From an uncultured Bacillota bacterium (lineage in GTDB: Bacteria > Sysuimicrobiota > Sysuimicrobiia > Sysuimicrobiales > Segetimicrobiaceae), in contig CAWDRG010000009.1 of assembly GCA_963804645.1 (NCBI GenBank), positions 96,001 to 160,000 on the forward strand: a DNA stretch of 64,000 bases. Reading direction: 5' to 3'. The notes below the pieces were generated by a model, which was not told where the DNA came from, made no database searches, and was given only the letters and a program-made list of their open reading frames with translations. The translations under genes and the position numbers were made by a program. This document shows positions 1-9,795 of this stretch, piece after piece (the first letter of the stretch is position 1; each line of letters begins with the position of its first letter).

Positions 1-1058
1 AGCACCTGGGTGCGCCGGCCGGGCTGGCGATAGGACGCGGACATCCCGCTTACCGTCAGCAGCGCCTCCGACGCCGCGGCCGCTCGGGGCGTGCCGCGCG
101 CCGCCGCGCCGCTTGAAACAAACTCCCAGGCGCGCCAGCAGCGCGCCGTCTGATCGCCCTTGGTCACTTCGGGTGGAATCTGTTCCGCACACCGCGCAAC
201 GGCCGCGGGACACCGCGGCGCAAACGCGCACCCGCGCGGCCGGTGCCCGGGAGGGGGCGCGGCGCCGCTAATCCCCGTGAGCGCACGCGGCTCAGACAAC
301 CGCGGCACGGATGCAAGCAGCAATGAGGTGTAGGGGTGTCCGGGATTCCCAAACACACCTTCACGTCCGCCGACCTCGACCAAGCGGCCCGCGTACATGA
401 CGCCGACACGGTGGGCGAGATTGTTGACGACCGCAAGGTCGTGCGACACGTACACGAACGCGGCGCCGGTATCAGCTCCCAAATCTCGCAGCAGGGTGAG
501 AATGCGTGCCTGGGTGCTCGCGTCAAGGCCCGTGGTCGGCTCATCCAACACCACAATCAACGGGTGACAGCTGAGTGCCATCGCGATCGCGACCCGCTGT
601 TGTTGGCCGCCGCTCAGTTCGAACGGGTACCGTCGAAGAAACGCCGCGTCGTTTGGAAGATGCACCTGTGCAAGCAGGGGCGCAACCGCGGACCGCGGCT
701 TCCCATGCGCGCCGAGCACTTCCTCGATCTGCTGACCGATGCGATGGCGCGGATTGAGCCCGGCGGCCGCGTCCTGCGGTACGTACGCGATCCGCGCGCC
801 CCGCGTGTGTCGCAGGACCCGGGATGGCAGCATCAGGACATCCCGTCCGTCCACCTCCACGGTGCCAGCCGTAATTCGCGTCCCGCGACGGGCATGACCC
901 AGTAGCGCCAGCGCCGTACTGGTTTTGCCGGACCCCGACTCCCCGACGAGTCCGAACACCTCCCCGCGGTGAACGGCAAACGAAATCTCATCCACGATCT
1001 CGACGCCCCCAGCGGCTTCGATGCGCAACCCACGGACATCAAGGACTACGCCAGTCAT
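1..1058 (-). CDS. Dipeptide/oligopeptide ABC transporter ATP-binding protein (probably fused double ATPase), C-terminus runs off the window
   Basis: Not in ORF track. Manual translation from ATG 1058 gives MTGVVLDVRGLRIE...GLVGESGSGKT (Walker A) and RYPFELSGGQQQRVAIAMAL (signature); a probable second ATPase domain begins near nt 60 (EALLTVSGMSASY). Confidence 0.9.
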   Translation of the reverse strand, partial: MTGVVLDVRGLRIEAAGGVEIVDEISFAVHRGEVFGLVGESGSGKTSTALALLGHARRGTRITAGTVEVDGRDVLMLPSRVLRHTRGARIAYVPQDAAAGLNPRHRIGQQIEEVLGAHGKPRSAVAPLLAQVHLPNDAAFLRRYPFELSGGQQQRVAIAMALSCHPLIVVLDEPTTGLDASTQARILTLLRDLGADTGAAFVYVSHDLAVVNNLAHRVGVMYAGRLVEVGGREGVFGNPGHPYTSLLLASVPRLSEPRALTGISGAAPPPGHRPRGCAFAPRCPAAVARCAEQIPPEVTKGDQTARCWRAWEFVSSGAAARGTPRAAAASEALLTVSGMSASYRQPGRRTQV

Positions 1059-1059
1059 G

Positions 1060-1953
1060 TCATCCACGAGGGGTGGCGCTGGACCGTCCGATCCGTCGGG
1101 CGAAGGCGTCGGTCAGTAAGTTCACCCCGAAGGTCAGGACGGCGATCGTGACAGCGGGCACCACGATAATCCAGGGTTGAATCGTCAACCCGATCTGATT
1201 CTCACTGATCATGAGGCCCCAGTCCGCGGCGGGAGGCGCCTGGCCTAGCCCAAGGTAACTCAGGGAACTCACCAGCACGATCGACGCCGTCAGCCGAAAC
1301 CCAAAGTCTGCCATCAGCGGTGTCCACAGGTTTGGAAGAATCTCGCGAAACACCACTGACGCGGTGGTCTCACCTCGCGCCCGTGCGACCTCGACGAACT
1401 CGAGTGCCGCCACCTCCACGGTGATCGCCCGAAAGATTCGAATGACCCGAGGCAGCTCCACGGCCGCGATGCCGATCGCCACCATGCTCAGGCTCGGTCC
1501 GACCGCAGCAATCAGCACCAGCACAAAGACCAGCGCCGGGATCGCCAGCATGATATCCGAGAACGCCACCGCACCGATATCGAGTATCCCTCCCCGGACG
1601 CCCGCGAAGGCCCCGAGCGGTATCCCGACGAGATACGCCATCATCGTCGCCGCGAATGCCGTAAGCACCAGCGTACGCCCGCCCCAAAGGAACCGGCTCA
1701 GACCGTCTCGGCCCAGCATGTCCGTCCCAAGCAGGTGGGCGCGGGTCGGGGTTGAGAACGGACTATCGACGAGCGCGGTCGGAGAAAACGGAGCGACGAA
1801 CGGTCCCAGAAATGCGAGTGCCAACACCACACCGACGAGCACCGCACCGACGCGCCCCCCTCGGGTGCTGATCACGTCGCGCAGCAGCACGAGCGCGGCG
1901 GGCCGCGAGCGCGGCACCTCCGAGTCGCGTACGATCGAAACGAACGAACTCAT
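1060..1953 (-). CDS. Peptide ABC transporter permease, DppC/OppC type
   Basis: HLLGTDMLGRD, EFVEVARARG (EAA loop), SLSYLGLG..PP.ADWG motifs. Start taken at MSSFVS, ATGA-overlapping the upstream stop. Confidence 0.9.
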   Translation of the reverse strand: MSSFVSIVRDSEVPRSRPAALVLLRDVISTRGGRVGAVLVGVVLALAFLGPFVAPFSPTALVDSPFSTPTRAHLLGTDMLGRDGLSRFLWGGRTLVLTAFAATMMAYLVGIPLGAFAGVRGGILDIGAVAFSDIMLAIPALVFVLVLIAAVGPSLSMVAIGIAAVELPRVIRIFRAITVEVAALEFVEVARARGETTASVVFREILPNLWTPLMADFGFRLTASIVLVSSLSYLGLGQAPPAADWGLMISENQIGLTIQPWIIVVPAVTIAVLTFGVNLLTDAFARRIGRSSATPRG

Positions 1954-2906
1954 GCGCGGCGGCGCAATCGCGGATTGAGTAAGATGACCGTAATGTCGGC
2001 GAAGAAGCTGGTCGCGACGATGACGATGGTCGTCAGCATCGCTAACGCTTCCACCGTCGGCAGGTCCCTTGTCTGGACCGCAGTAATCAACGTCAGCCCG
2101 ACACCGCGGTATTCGAACACTGACTCGACGATCACCACGCCCCCGAGCAGCCACGGCACGTTATACGCGAGCACCTGAATCGCCGGCGCCACGACGTTCG
2201 GCAGCGCGTGCCGCAGCACGAGCCGCCACGCCGCGATCCCGTTCAGCCGCGCGGCCTCGATATACGGTAAGTCGAGCACCTCGATCATGGTCGCCCGAAT
2301 CATCCGCACGCTCTGCGCCAGTGCGGCCGCCAAGAGGGTGACCACAGGCAGCACGAGGATCGACGGCCGTGCGAAGATTGGGCGCGACGGATCGATCAGC
2401 GAGACCGCCGGAAGCCACTTCAACCACACGGCGAACACCACGGCGAGGATGGCGCCGATGACAAATTGAGGGGTCGCGATCAACGACAGCGTGATCGCGG
2501 CCGTACTCTGATCGACGATCCCGTCCGGCCGGAGCGCGGAGACCGCTCCCAAAATCGTCGCGAGCGGGACAAGCAGGGCCATGGTGACCCCGGCCAGCAC
2601 GACCGTGTTCCACAGCTTATCGCCGATGACGTGAGCCACCGGCACGCCGGTCGGAAGGGAATGGCCCAAATCCCCCCGGACAAACCCGACCAGCCAGTTC
2701 CCGTACCGCTCCAAGACGGGCCGGTCAAGACCAAACTGCTTTCGAAGCCCCTCGACCAGTTGGGGCGTGGCATCTCGCCCAAGCGCCGCCGTCGCCGCGT
2801 CGCCCGGAAGGGCGCTGACGCCCAAGTAGATCAGCGCAGACGCCGCCAGCAGCGTGAGCAACCCCGCGCCGAGGCGAAATACGATCTCGCGCAGCAGAGG
2901 ATTCAC
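1950..2906 (-). CDS. Peptide ABC transporter permease, DppB/OppB type
   Basis: LPGDAA..GLDRP..GDLGHS, YIEAARLNG, RHALPN, IVESVF motifs. Confidence 0.9.
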   Translation of the reverse strand: MNPLLREIVFRLGAGLLTLLAASALIYLGVSALPGDAATAALGRDATPQLVEGLRKQFGLDRPVLERYGNWLVGFVRGDLGHSLPTGVPVAHVIGDKLWNTVVLAGVTMALLVPLATILGAVSALRPDGIVDQSTAAITLSLIATPQFVIGAILAVVFAVWLKWLPAVSLIDPSRPIFARPSILVLPVVTLLAAALAQSVRMIRATMIEVLDLPYIEAARLNGIAAWRLVLRHALPNVVAPAIQVLAYNVPWLLGGVVIVESVFEYRGVGLTLITAVQTRDLPTVEALAMLTTIVIVATSFFADITVILLNPRLRRRA

Positions 2907-2939
2907 ACGCGGCTCCGCACCACGAGCGCGGCCGCCCTG

Positions 2940-4520
2940 CTACGAGAGATACACGTCCGTAAAATTATACGCTCCGAGCCAACGCGACACGCTCGGCGTG
3001 AGGCCATGGACCTTTGCCGCGTATCCGTCGAGGTTGTCTTGGAACCCCCAAATGATGTAGCCGCCCTCGTTCCAGAGCAACGTCTGAGCCGCCACCCACA
3101 GTTCACGACGCTTCTTGGGATCGATCGTCTTCCGCGCTTGGTCCGTCAGTTTATCAAAGTCCGCGTTGTGGAAGTGCGTCTCGTTGTATGGAGCCGTAGA
3201 ATTCAGCACCTGAGCAAACTGCGTTGTGAGCGGCCGCGCAGACCATCCGCCCTGCCCGAGCGCCACCTTGAGGTATTGGGCCGTATAGTATTGGTCTCCC
3301 GGAACCTTATTCAGCGTTATCGTCACGCCCGCATTCTTCGCCTGTTCGGCCAGGATGGTGGCGGAGTCCAACATGCCGGGCCCGGCGTCACCGGTGTAGA
3401 TCGAGACGCTCAAATTCTCCTTCCCGGCGGCCCGGAGCAGCGACTTCGCCTGGTCGGGATCGTATGCGTGCTGCGGGAGCTGCGACGCGTAATCCGGATC
3501 CGTCGGCCAGAACAGATCGTTTCCCACCACCCCGAACTCTCCGAGTACGGTCTTGACCATTTGATCACGGTTGATCATCAACCGAAACGCACGCCGCACC
3601 CGATTGTCGGTAAACGGTGGAAGATCGACCGCCATGTACATCGTCTCCGTGAACGCGCGCGGCGCGCGCAACAGTCGTATCGGCCCGTTCGCCGTCAGCG
3701 TTTTGGCAAGCGGCAGCGGGTACTGCGACATTACGTCGGTTACGTTGGTCTGCAAGGCATTGAGACGCGCCGTCTCATCGCTGAAGGAAATAATTTCCAA
3801 TGCGTCCAGGTAGGGTCCGTTGTGGGTTCGATACGCGCTGTTGCGGACAAACACGCTCCGCTCGCCTGCAGTAAAACTCTGAAACTTGAACGGCCCCGTC
3901 CCGTTCGGTTGATCGAAGGTCTTCGTCCCGTCCTTTACCATCCAGATCGTCCGGGCAGCCAGCGACGTCGTGAGGAGCGCGTTGGGCTGGTCGAGGCGGA
4001 TCTCAACCGTCGAGGGATCCAGCGCTCGAATATTGCTCGGGTTGATGTATGCGATCTCGGTGTAGCCGTTCGCGTTATTGGCCTTCGTCGCGATGTACTG
4101 CAGGCTGTACACCACGTCGTTGGCCGTAAATGGCGACCCGTCGTGCCACACGACCCCCGGCAAGATCTTGATCCGCCATACAGTCGCGCTTGGGTTCGGC
4201 GACGCTTCTGCAGCCAACTGGGGCACGACCCCGCCGTTCGCGTCGTACGCATACAGCCGTTCATACAAGACGTGCGTGCGCATGATGTCGATTTCGTTGA
4301 CGTTGCGCATCGGGCTCAGCGTCTCTGACGCTCCGCCGCCGCGCTGACCTATCCGGAGCGTGCCGCCGCGTGTCGGAGCCGCCTGCGCGAATGCCGCCGA
4401 CGGAGCCCGGACAACCCCTCCAGTCCACACCGCTCCCGCGGCAGCAGCCACACCTAACCGTAGAAGATCGCGGCGCGAGAGCCCTCTGAGATCATCTCGG
4501 CGCTTCCGTTGCCCGGTCAT
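2940..4520 (-). CDS. ABC transporter substrate-binding protein, family 5, Tat signal peptide
   Basis: SRRDLLR twin-arginine signal; GVVWHDGSPFTANDV and NGTGPFK motifs; GGAGGAGG RBS before ATG 4520. Confidence 0.9.
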   Translation of the reverse strand: MTGQRKRRDDLRGLSRRDLLRLGVAAAAGAVWTGGVVRAPSAAFAQAAPTRGGTLRIGQRGGGASETLSPMRNVNEIDIMRTHVLYERLYAYDANGGVVPQLAAEASPNPSATVWRIKILPGVVWHDGSPFTANDVVYSLQYIATKANNANGYTEIAYINPSNIRALDPSTVEIRLDQPNALLTTSLAARTIWMVKDGTKTFDQPNGTGPFKFQSFTAGERSVFVRNSAYRTHNGPYLDALEIISFSDETARLNALQTNVTDVMSQYPLPLAKTLTANGPIRLLRAPRAFTETMYMAVDLPPFTDNRVRRAFRLMINRDQMVKTVLGEFGVVGNDLFWPTDPDYASQLPQHAYDPDQAKSLLRAAGKENLSVSIYTGDAGPGMLDSATILAEQAKNAGVTITLNKVPGDQYYTAQYLKVALGQGGWSARPLTTQFAQVLNSTAPYNETHFHNADFDKLTDQARKTIDPKKRRELWVAAQTLLWNEGGYIIWGFQDNLDGYAAKVHGLTPSVSRWLGAYNFTDVYLS

Positions 4521-4956
4521 CAGACCTCCTCCTTTCGAGCACATTCGTCTCTCCGCGTTCGACGCCCACGTCTGATACCGTCCATGGCCGCATGATTCGC
4601 CTTACCATCCTCAGTCAGTCCGCAAAACGCTGGGTCCTATGTTCATGGATGGCACCCGTATTCCTCTTCTAATTCGTTAAATCGTGACGCCGCCGCGCTC
4701 GGGCCACGCCACAGACAACCGCGCATCCGTCCCACTCCCCCGCGCCGCGCACACCCCCGCGTGATTGACCGCGCCGACGCCCCGCAACGCCGATCACCAG
4801 TCCGTCCCAGCTCCAGCGCCACGGTGCGCCGCGCGAACTCGTCGCGGCCGTGATCGGAAGGGGTCTGCATCGCGCCGTGCAACAATTAAGTGGCTGAGCG
4901 CTGATCGTGCGAGACCTGTCAGTGTCTGTCGGCCGCGTTCCAGCGGGGAGGCGCGT

Positions 4957-6201
4957 ATGACGTTTGACCTGGTGATCAAAAATGGGACGGTCGTCGACCC
5001 GGCGGTCGGCTTGCACGCTCCGGCGGACGTCGCCATCGTGAGAGGCCGCATTGCCGCGATCGACCAGTCCATCCCCGGCAGCAGCGCGGCTGAGGTGTAT
5101 GATGCCGCCGGCTGCTATGTGACGCCCGGACTCGTTGACCTGCATACTCATGTCTTCCGCAAGGTCACGTTCTGGGGAGTCAACGCTGACGTGGTGGCGG
5201 CGCGCACCGGCGTGACGACCTGGGTGGACGCCGGATCGGCAGGGGCCTTCACCGTCGACGGGTTTCGCGAGTTTATCGTCCGTCCGGCGGCAACCCGCAT
5301 CCTGGCGTTTCTGAATATCTCATGTATTGGGCTCGTCGCCCACGATTATGAGCTTACGAATTTGGCCTTCTGCAATCCAGACCTGTTTGAGTTGATGCTC
5401 AACGCGAATCGCGACTTGGTCGTGGGGGGCAAGGTCCGCTTGGGCGCGTCAACCGTCGGAAGCAACGGCTTTGAACCGTTGAAACTGGCGCGTGACGTCC
5501 TCGATCGATGCGAACTGCCCGTGATGCTGCACATCGCCGAGCGCCCGCCACATCCGGAGGAGTTCGTCGATCTCCTCCGCGAGGGGGACGTCCTAACCCA
5601 TTGCTTCACCGGCTGGGACATGCGGCTGGTCGACGAACACGGCAGGATACAACCGTTCGCGCGGCAGTGGATCGACCGGGGCGTCCTGCTGGACGTCGGC
5701 CATGGGACCGGCAGCCTCACGTTTGCGACGGCGGAAGCCATGCTGGCCGCAGGAATCAAACCGCACTTCATCTCCTCCGACATCCACCAGAACAGCATGC
5801 GTGGGCCGATGTATGATCTCCCTACATGTCTCACAAAGTTCTTGGCACTCGGGCTGAGCCTGGATGACGTGATCGCCTGCGCGACCTATGCTCCCGCCAA
5901 GTTTCTCCACCTCGAGCGCGAGATCGGAACGTTGCGACAGGGTGCGCATGCCGACGTGGCAGTGTTTGAGCTCGTTTCTCAACCGGTGGACCTCTACGAT
6001 TCCGATTGGGAGGTGAAGCGGAGCGAGCGGAGTCTCAGTTGCCGCGCGGCGTTCGTCGGCGGACGGCTCCTCCCCCGTGTCGAGGATGACCCCGCGCCTC
6101 GGTATCTCGAATGGAAGCGCGGCGGCCGTGACGACGTGCTCTACGCAAAGCAGGCGGAAGCCGCCGCAGCTGTGCGGAGCACGGCCCGGCGCATGCGCTG
6201 A
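4957..6201 (+). CDS. Amidohydrolase/deacetylase family metallohydrolase (dihydroorotase-like fold)
   Basis: PGLVDLHTH metal motif, GVTTWVDAGS, MLHI, THC, DVGHG, SSDIH; GGGGAGG RBS before MTFDLVIKNG. Confidence 0.85.
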   Translation: MTFDLVIKNGTVVDPAVGLHAPADVAIVRGRIAAIDQSIPGSSAAEVYDAAGCYVTPGLVDLHTHVFRKVTFWGVNADVVAARTGVTTWVDAGSAGAFTVDGFREFIVRPAATRILAFLNISCIGLVAHDYELTNLAFCNPDLFELMLNANRDLVVGGKVRLGASTVGSNGFEPLKLARDVLDRCELPVMLHIAERPPHPEEFVDLLREGDVLTHCFTGWDMRLVDEHGRIQPFARQWIDRGVLLDVGHGTGSLTFATAEAMLAAGIKPHFISSDIHQNSMRGPMYDLPTCLTKFLALGLSLDDVIACATYAPAKFLHLEREIGTLRQGAHADVAVFELVSQPVDLYDSDWEVKRSERSLSCRAAFVGGRLLPRVEDDPAPRYLEWKRGGRDDVLYAKQAEAAAAVRSTARRMR

Positions 6202-6408
6202 GCACGCCGCGGAGAACGCCTGGACGGCGGGAAAATCCCGACCACCGAGGCTACCCGCCTCGCAAGACGCCGCGGCGTGATCAGCGCGGGACGGGAACAC
6301 CGACACGTCCCGGCCGGATGCGGGAGCGGTGGATTACGCGCGATCCGAGACGAGAACTGGCTGGCGAGGCCGTACTGAACGGCATGCAGCGACGAGGAGG
6401 ATGCGTCT

Positions 6409-8046
6409 ATGAGCGTAACGCACCGCTTTGCCCTGTGCGTTTCGGGAGCGATCGCGCTGGGCGCGTACGAGGCCGGCGTCGTGGCACAGTTGTACGAGGA
6501 CTTCCAGGAAGTCACCAAATCGACGGACGGTCAAGTGCGGCTCGTTATCGACGTGGTCGCCGGGTCGTCCGCGGGGGCCGTGACTGGCGTGTTCCTTGCG
6601 CAGGCGCTCGCCCAAAATCTCACCCCTACCGCGTTGCGTCAGGCGCTCTCAAACCTCTGGGTGAGGGATCTAGACGCTCTCTCGCTTCTGTCGCCGGCGT
6701 CGGACCCAGCGCAGGCCCTGTCCACGGCGACGAGCCTCGAGAATGCCGAAGCCGCCGCACCACCCAGTCCAACCGGTCTTAGCACCTACGATCCCGCACG
6801 CGTCTGCGCGCTGTGGATTTCGCTGACGAGCCCCGATGGGTTCCCATCTGCACTGACGTTTCCGCGCACGTGGAAGGACGAACCAACTTCCACGCCTGTC
6901 ACATTTTATCCGAAGTCGTATCGGGATTACTCGCCGTTTCTCTTCTGTGGATCTGCCATCAAGTACGCGAGCGAGCCGATCGAGCACGTGAATGACTCCT
7001 GGAATTGGAATCAGCTTCGGGACGCGACCTGGGACGAGGTCCGGGAGAGCGGAACGGCGTCGGGCGCCTTCCCCGTCGCCTTCCGCACGCGCACGATCGA
7101 GCGCGACCTGAAGCTGTACCCCGAAACGTGGGCCGTACTCACCGGATCCCCAACGAGCCCACCGCCGCGTGGACCGGCGGGGACACCCTTATCGTCCGAG
7201 GCTCCCCTGCACTACGTCGACGGCGGCATCTTCAACAACGAGCCGCTCGGCCGCGCGATCGACGCCGCGGCCTATCTCATGCACCTGGACGGCAGTCGCG
7301 GGAATGACCGCCGCACCTATTTGGTGATCGAGCCCGACCCCGCCCACCGTCCAAGTCTCGAGGAGATGCTCGCGACGGAGGAGCGCTCCGCAGACGCCAA
7401 CGGCTGGCCGCCCGCAACGGTCGTCGCGAAGTTGTTCGGCGCGTATTTCTCCGATACGATCTACCGCGACTTCATCGCGGCAAAGAAGATCAATGAGCAG
7501 CTCGACAAGCTCGACACGGCGGCGGCCGAGACGAAGATGAGCCCCGAGCAGGTCGCTGCGGTCAGCGCGGCCGTCGGCCTTTCCCATAAACAACAGGTCA
7601 CACTTGAGCGCATTCCCTGGGACGTCCCCCCCGCCGATCCGCCTCGTCTAAATGGAGCCTTTCTTGGACATTTCGGCGGATTCTTGCAGCAGGAGTTCCG
7701 CCAGTACGACTTTGAGGTCGGGCGGCGAGAGGCGCGCGACTGGCTGCTCAAGTGGCTCTCGCTGCACCAGACCGCCCTCGAGCTGACTGGCAGTCCGGAG
7801 GCGCTGGAGGCGCTGTTGCCGACGGAGGTGCCGAACCCGCCGCCGCTTCAGGCTTCGCCGAAGTGGGGCTCAGTCGCCCCCGCGCGGCGTCGGCGCATCA
7901 TCACACGAGGGGCGATGCGCGCGCTGGTGCTTCTCAACCGCTGGCTGCGCGGGTATCCGCTGATTGTCGGAGCCGCCGCCGGCGCCGCGGTGGTCGTCGG
8001 AGCCGCGGTGCGCTGGCGGCGGGGACGGACGACGCCAGAGCCATAG
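6409..8046 (+). CDS. Patatin-like phospholipase with C-terminal hydrophobic helix
   Basis: Gly-rich SGAIALGAYEAG, nucleophile GSSAG, ASGAFP, catalytic DGG (YVDGGIFNNEP); C-terminal LIVGAAAGAAVVVGAAV followed by basic residues; GAGGAGG RBS. Confidence 0.82.
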   Translation: MSVTHRFALCVSGAIALGAYEAGVVAQLYEDFQEVTKSTDGQVRLVIDVVAGSSAGAVTGVFLAQALAQNLTPTALRQALSNLWVRDLDALSLLSPASDPAQALSTATSLENAEAAAPPSPTGLSTYDPARVCALWISLTSPDGFPSALTFPRTWKDEPTSTPVTFYPKSYRDYSPFLFCGSAIKYASEPIEHVNDSWNWNQLRDATWDEVRESGTASGAFPVAFRTRTIERDLKLYPETWAVLTGSPTSPPPRGPAGTPLSSEAPLHYVDGGIFNNEPLGRAIDAAAYLMHLDGSRGNDRRTYLVIEPDPAHRPSLEEMLATEERSADANGWPPATVVAKLFGAYFSDTIYRDFIAAKKINEQLDKLDTAAAETKMSPEQVAAVSAAVGLSHKQQVTLERIPWDVPPADPPRLNGAFLGHFGGFLQQEFRQYDFEVGRREARDWLLKWLSLHQTALELTGSPEALEALLPTEVPNPPPLQASPKWGSVAPARRRRIITRGAMRALVLLNRWLRGYPLIVGAAAGAAVVVGAAVRWRRGRTTPEP

Positions 8047-8151
8047 ATGGTGGGCGGCGTCCACAAAACACGACCCGCCGCATAGGCGCGGATCCCGCAT
8101 CGAGGGGACGACCTGGAGTCGTACGACCCGACGCGAGGCACCCGGTCGCAG

Positions 8152-9705
8152 TTACCGGTACTTGTGGGCGACCACTTTGGGCTGCAGGAAATTGAGCAGG
8201 TAGTCCGGGCCGCCCGCCTTGCTGTCCGTGCCCGACATGTTGAACCCGCCGAACGGATGGGTGCCCACCATCGCGCCGGTGCATTTCCGGTTGAGATACA
8301 GGTTCCCGCACATGAACTCGCGCCGGGCCTTAGCCAGCTTGTCCGGATTGCGCGAGAACACCGACCCCGTCAACCCAAACACGGTCCCGTTGGCGATCCG
8401 CAGCGCCTCGTCGAAATCCTGCGCCGGAATCGCCGCGACGACGGGACCGAAGATCTCCTCCTGGGCGATCCGGTCGCCGGGCGCGGCGTCGAGGAACACC
8501 GTCGGCGTGATGTAGTAGCCGCCCTCGCGCGCCCGTCCGCCCCCCACGGCGAGGCGCGCTTCGCGTTTGCCGACATCGATGTACTCGAGGATCGTACCCT
8601 GGGCGGCGGCGTTGATCACGGGCCCCGCCGGGAAGTTCTCCGGTCCGGGACCCACCTCCAGCCGCTTCACGCGCTCCACGACCGCCTCGGATAAGCGCTC
8701 GTAGATCCCCGGGGTCGCGATCAGCCGTGAGCCGGCCGAACACTTCTGCCCCTGGTAGCCGTACCCGGACGCGACGACGGCCCCGAGTGCCTCGTCAAAG
8801 TCCGCCTCGTCGTCGACGATGATCGCGTTCTTGCCGCCCATCTCCGCGATAATCCGCTTCAACCACTTCTGGTCCGGCGGGGTCTTGGCGGCGAGGCCGA
8901 ACAGGTGGATCCCGACCTCCCGGGAGCCGGTGAACGCGATCATCCGGACCTTGGGGTGCGTCGCCAGGGCTTCGCCGACGACCCGGCCCGACCCGGGGAT
9001 CACGTTCAGCACCCCCGGCGGCAGGCCCGCGTCGGTGAGCGCGTCGAGCGTCTCGTAGGCTGTCGCCGCGGAATCGCTCGCGGGCTTCATGACCACGGTG
9101 TTGCCCGCCACGATCGCGCCAAGCGCCATCCCCGTGGGAATCGCGAGCGGAAAGTTCCACGGCGAGATCACCGCGACGACCCCGATCGGGATGTACGTGT
9201 ACTCGCTCATCTCCCCGTCGTACGGGGGCAGCGGCTTGCCCTGCGCGTATCGGAGGATCTCACGGGCGTTGTACTCGATGAAGTCGATCGCCTCCGCGAC
9301 GTCGCCGTCGGCCTCCGCCCAGTTCTTCCCGACCTCGTAGCACATCAGCGCCGCGGCCCGCAGCCGCCGCTTGCGGAGGAGGTGCGCGGCCCGCATGAAC
9401 AGCGCCGCCTTTTCCTCCGCCGGCACCCACCGCCACGACTCGTACGCCCGCCCGGCCGCGGCCACGGCGGCTTCCACGTGCTCGGGCCCGGCCTGGTGCA
9501 GCACCGCGACCACCTGATCGGACTGCGACGGGTTCATCGACCGGAATGTCTTCGCCGACCGCACCGCTTTGCCGTCGATCCACAGCGGATACTCGCGGCC
9601 CAATTCTGCCCCCACCGCGGCGATCGCCTCGCGCATCGCGCGGCGGGCCGGGTCGGCCGAGAAGTCGTAGAAGGACTCGTTTCGGAATGCGGCGGGCTTC
9701 ATCAT
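8152..9705 (-). CDS. pruA: L-glutamate gamma-semialdehyde (P5C) dehydrogenase
   Basis: FRNE, EAIDFIEY, ISPWNFPLAI, FTGS, EMGGKN, GQKCSAGSR, EEIFGPV, PFGGFNMSGT-KAGGPDYL; RocA/PruA type. Exact start uncertain (9702-9714). Confidence 0.9.
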   Translation of the reverse strand: MMKPAAFRNESFYDFSADPARRAMREAIAAVGAELGREYPLWIDGKAVRSAKTFRSMNPSQSDQVVAVLHQAGPEHVEAAVAAAGRAYESWRWVPAEEKAALFMRAAHLLRKRRLRAAALMCYEVGKNWAEADGDVAEAIDFIEYNAREILRYAQGKPLPPYDGEMSEYTYIPIGVVAVISPWNFPLAIPTGMALGAIVAGNTVVMKPASDSAATAYETLDALTDAGLPPGVLNVIPGSGRVVGEALATHPKVRMIAFTGSREVGIHLFGLAAKTPPDQKWLKRIIAEMGGKNAIIVDDEADFDEALGAVVASGYGYQGQKCSAGSRLIATPGIYERLSEAVVERVKRLEVGPGPENFPAGPVINAAAQGTILEYIDVGKREARLAVGGGRAREGGYYITPTVFLDAAPGDRIAQEEIFGPVVAAIPAQDFDEALRIANGTVFGLTGSVFSRNPDKLAKARREFMCGNLYLNRKCTGAMVGTHPFGGFNMSGTDSKAGGPDYLLNFLQPKVVAHKYR

Positions 9706-9795
9706 CGTCATCACTCCTTCGTACGTTCCGGCCGGTTGCGCAGGATCCGAGCGGCCTCACCGCGGAGCATGCCCGGCCGGCCCCGGCCGGATCGG

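Noticed and set aside
4650..4664. Sigma54 promoter-like TGGCAC-N5-TTCC
   Set aside because: The invariant -12 GC is missing.
6409..8046. Patatin as a CBASS CapV effector
   Set aside because: No CD-NTase or other defence genes adjacent.
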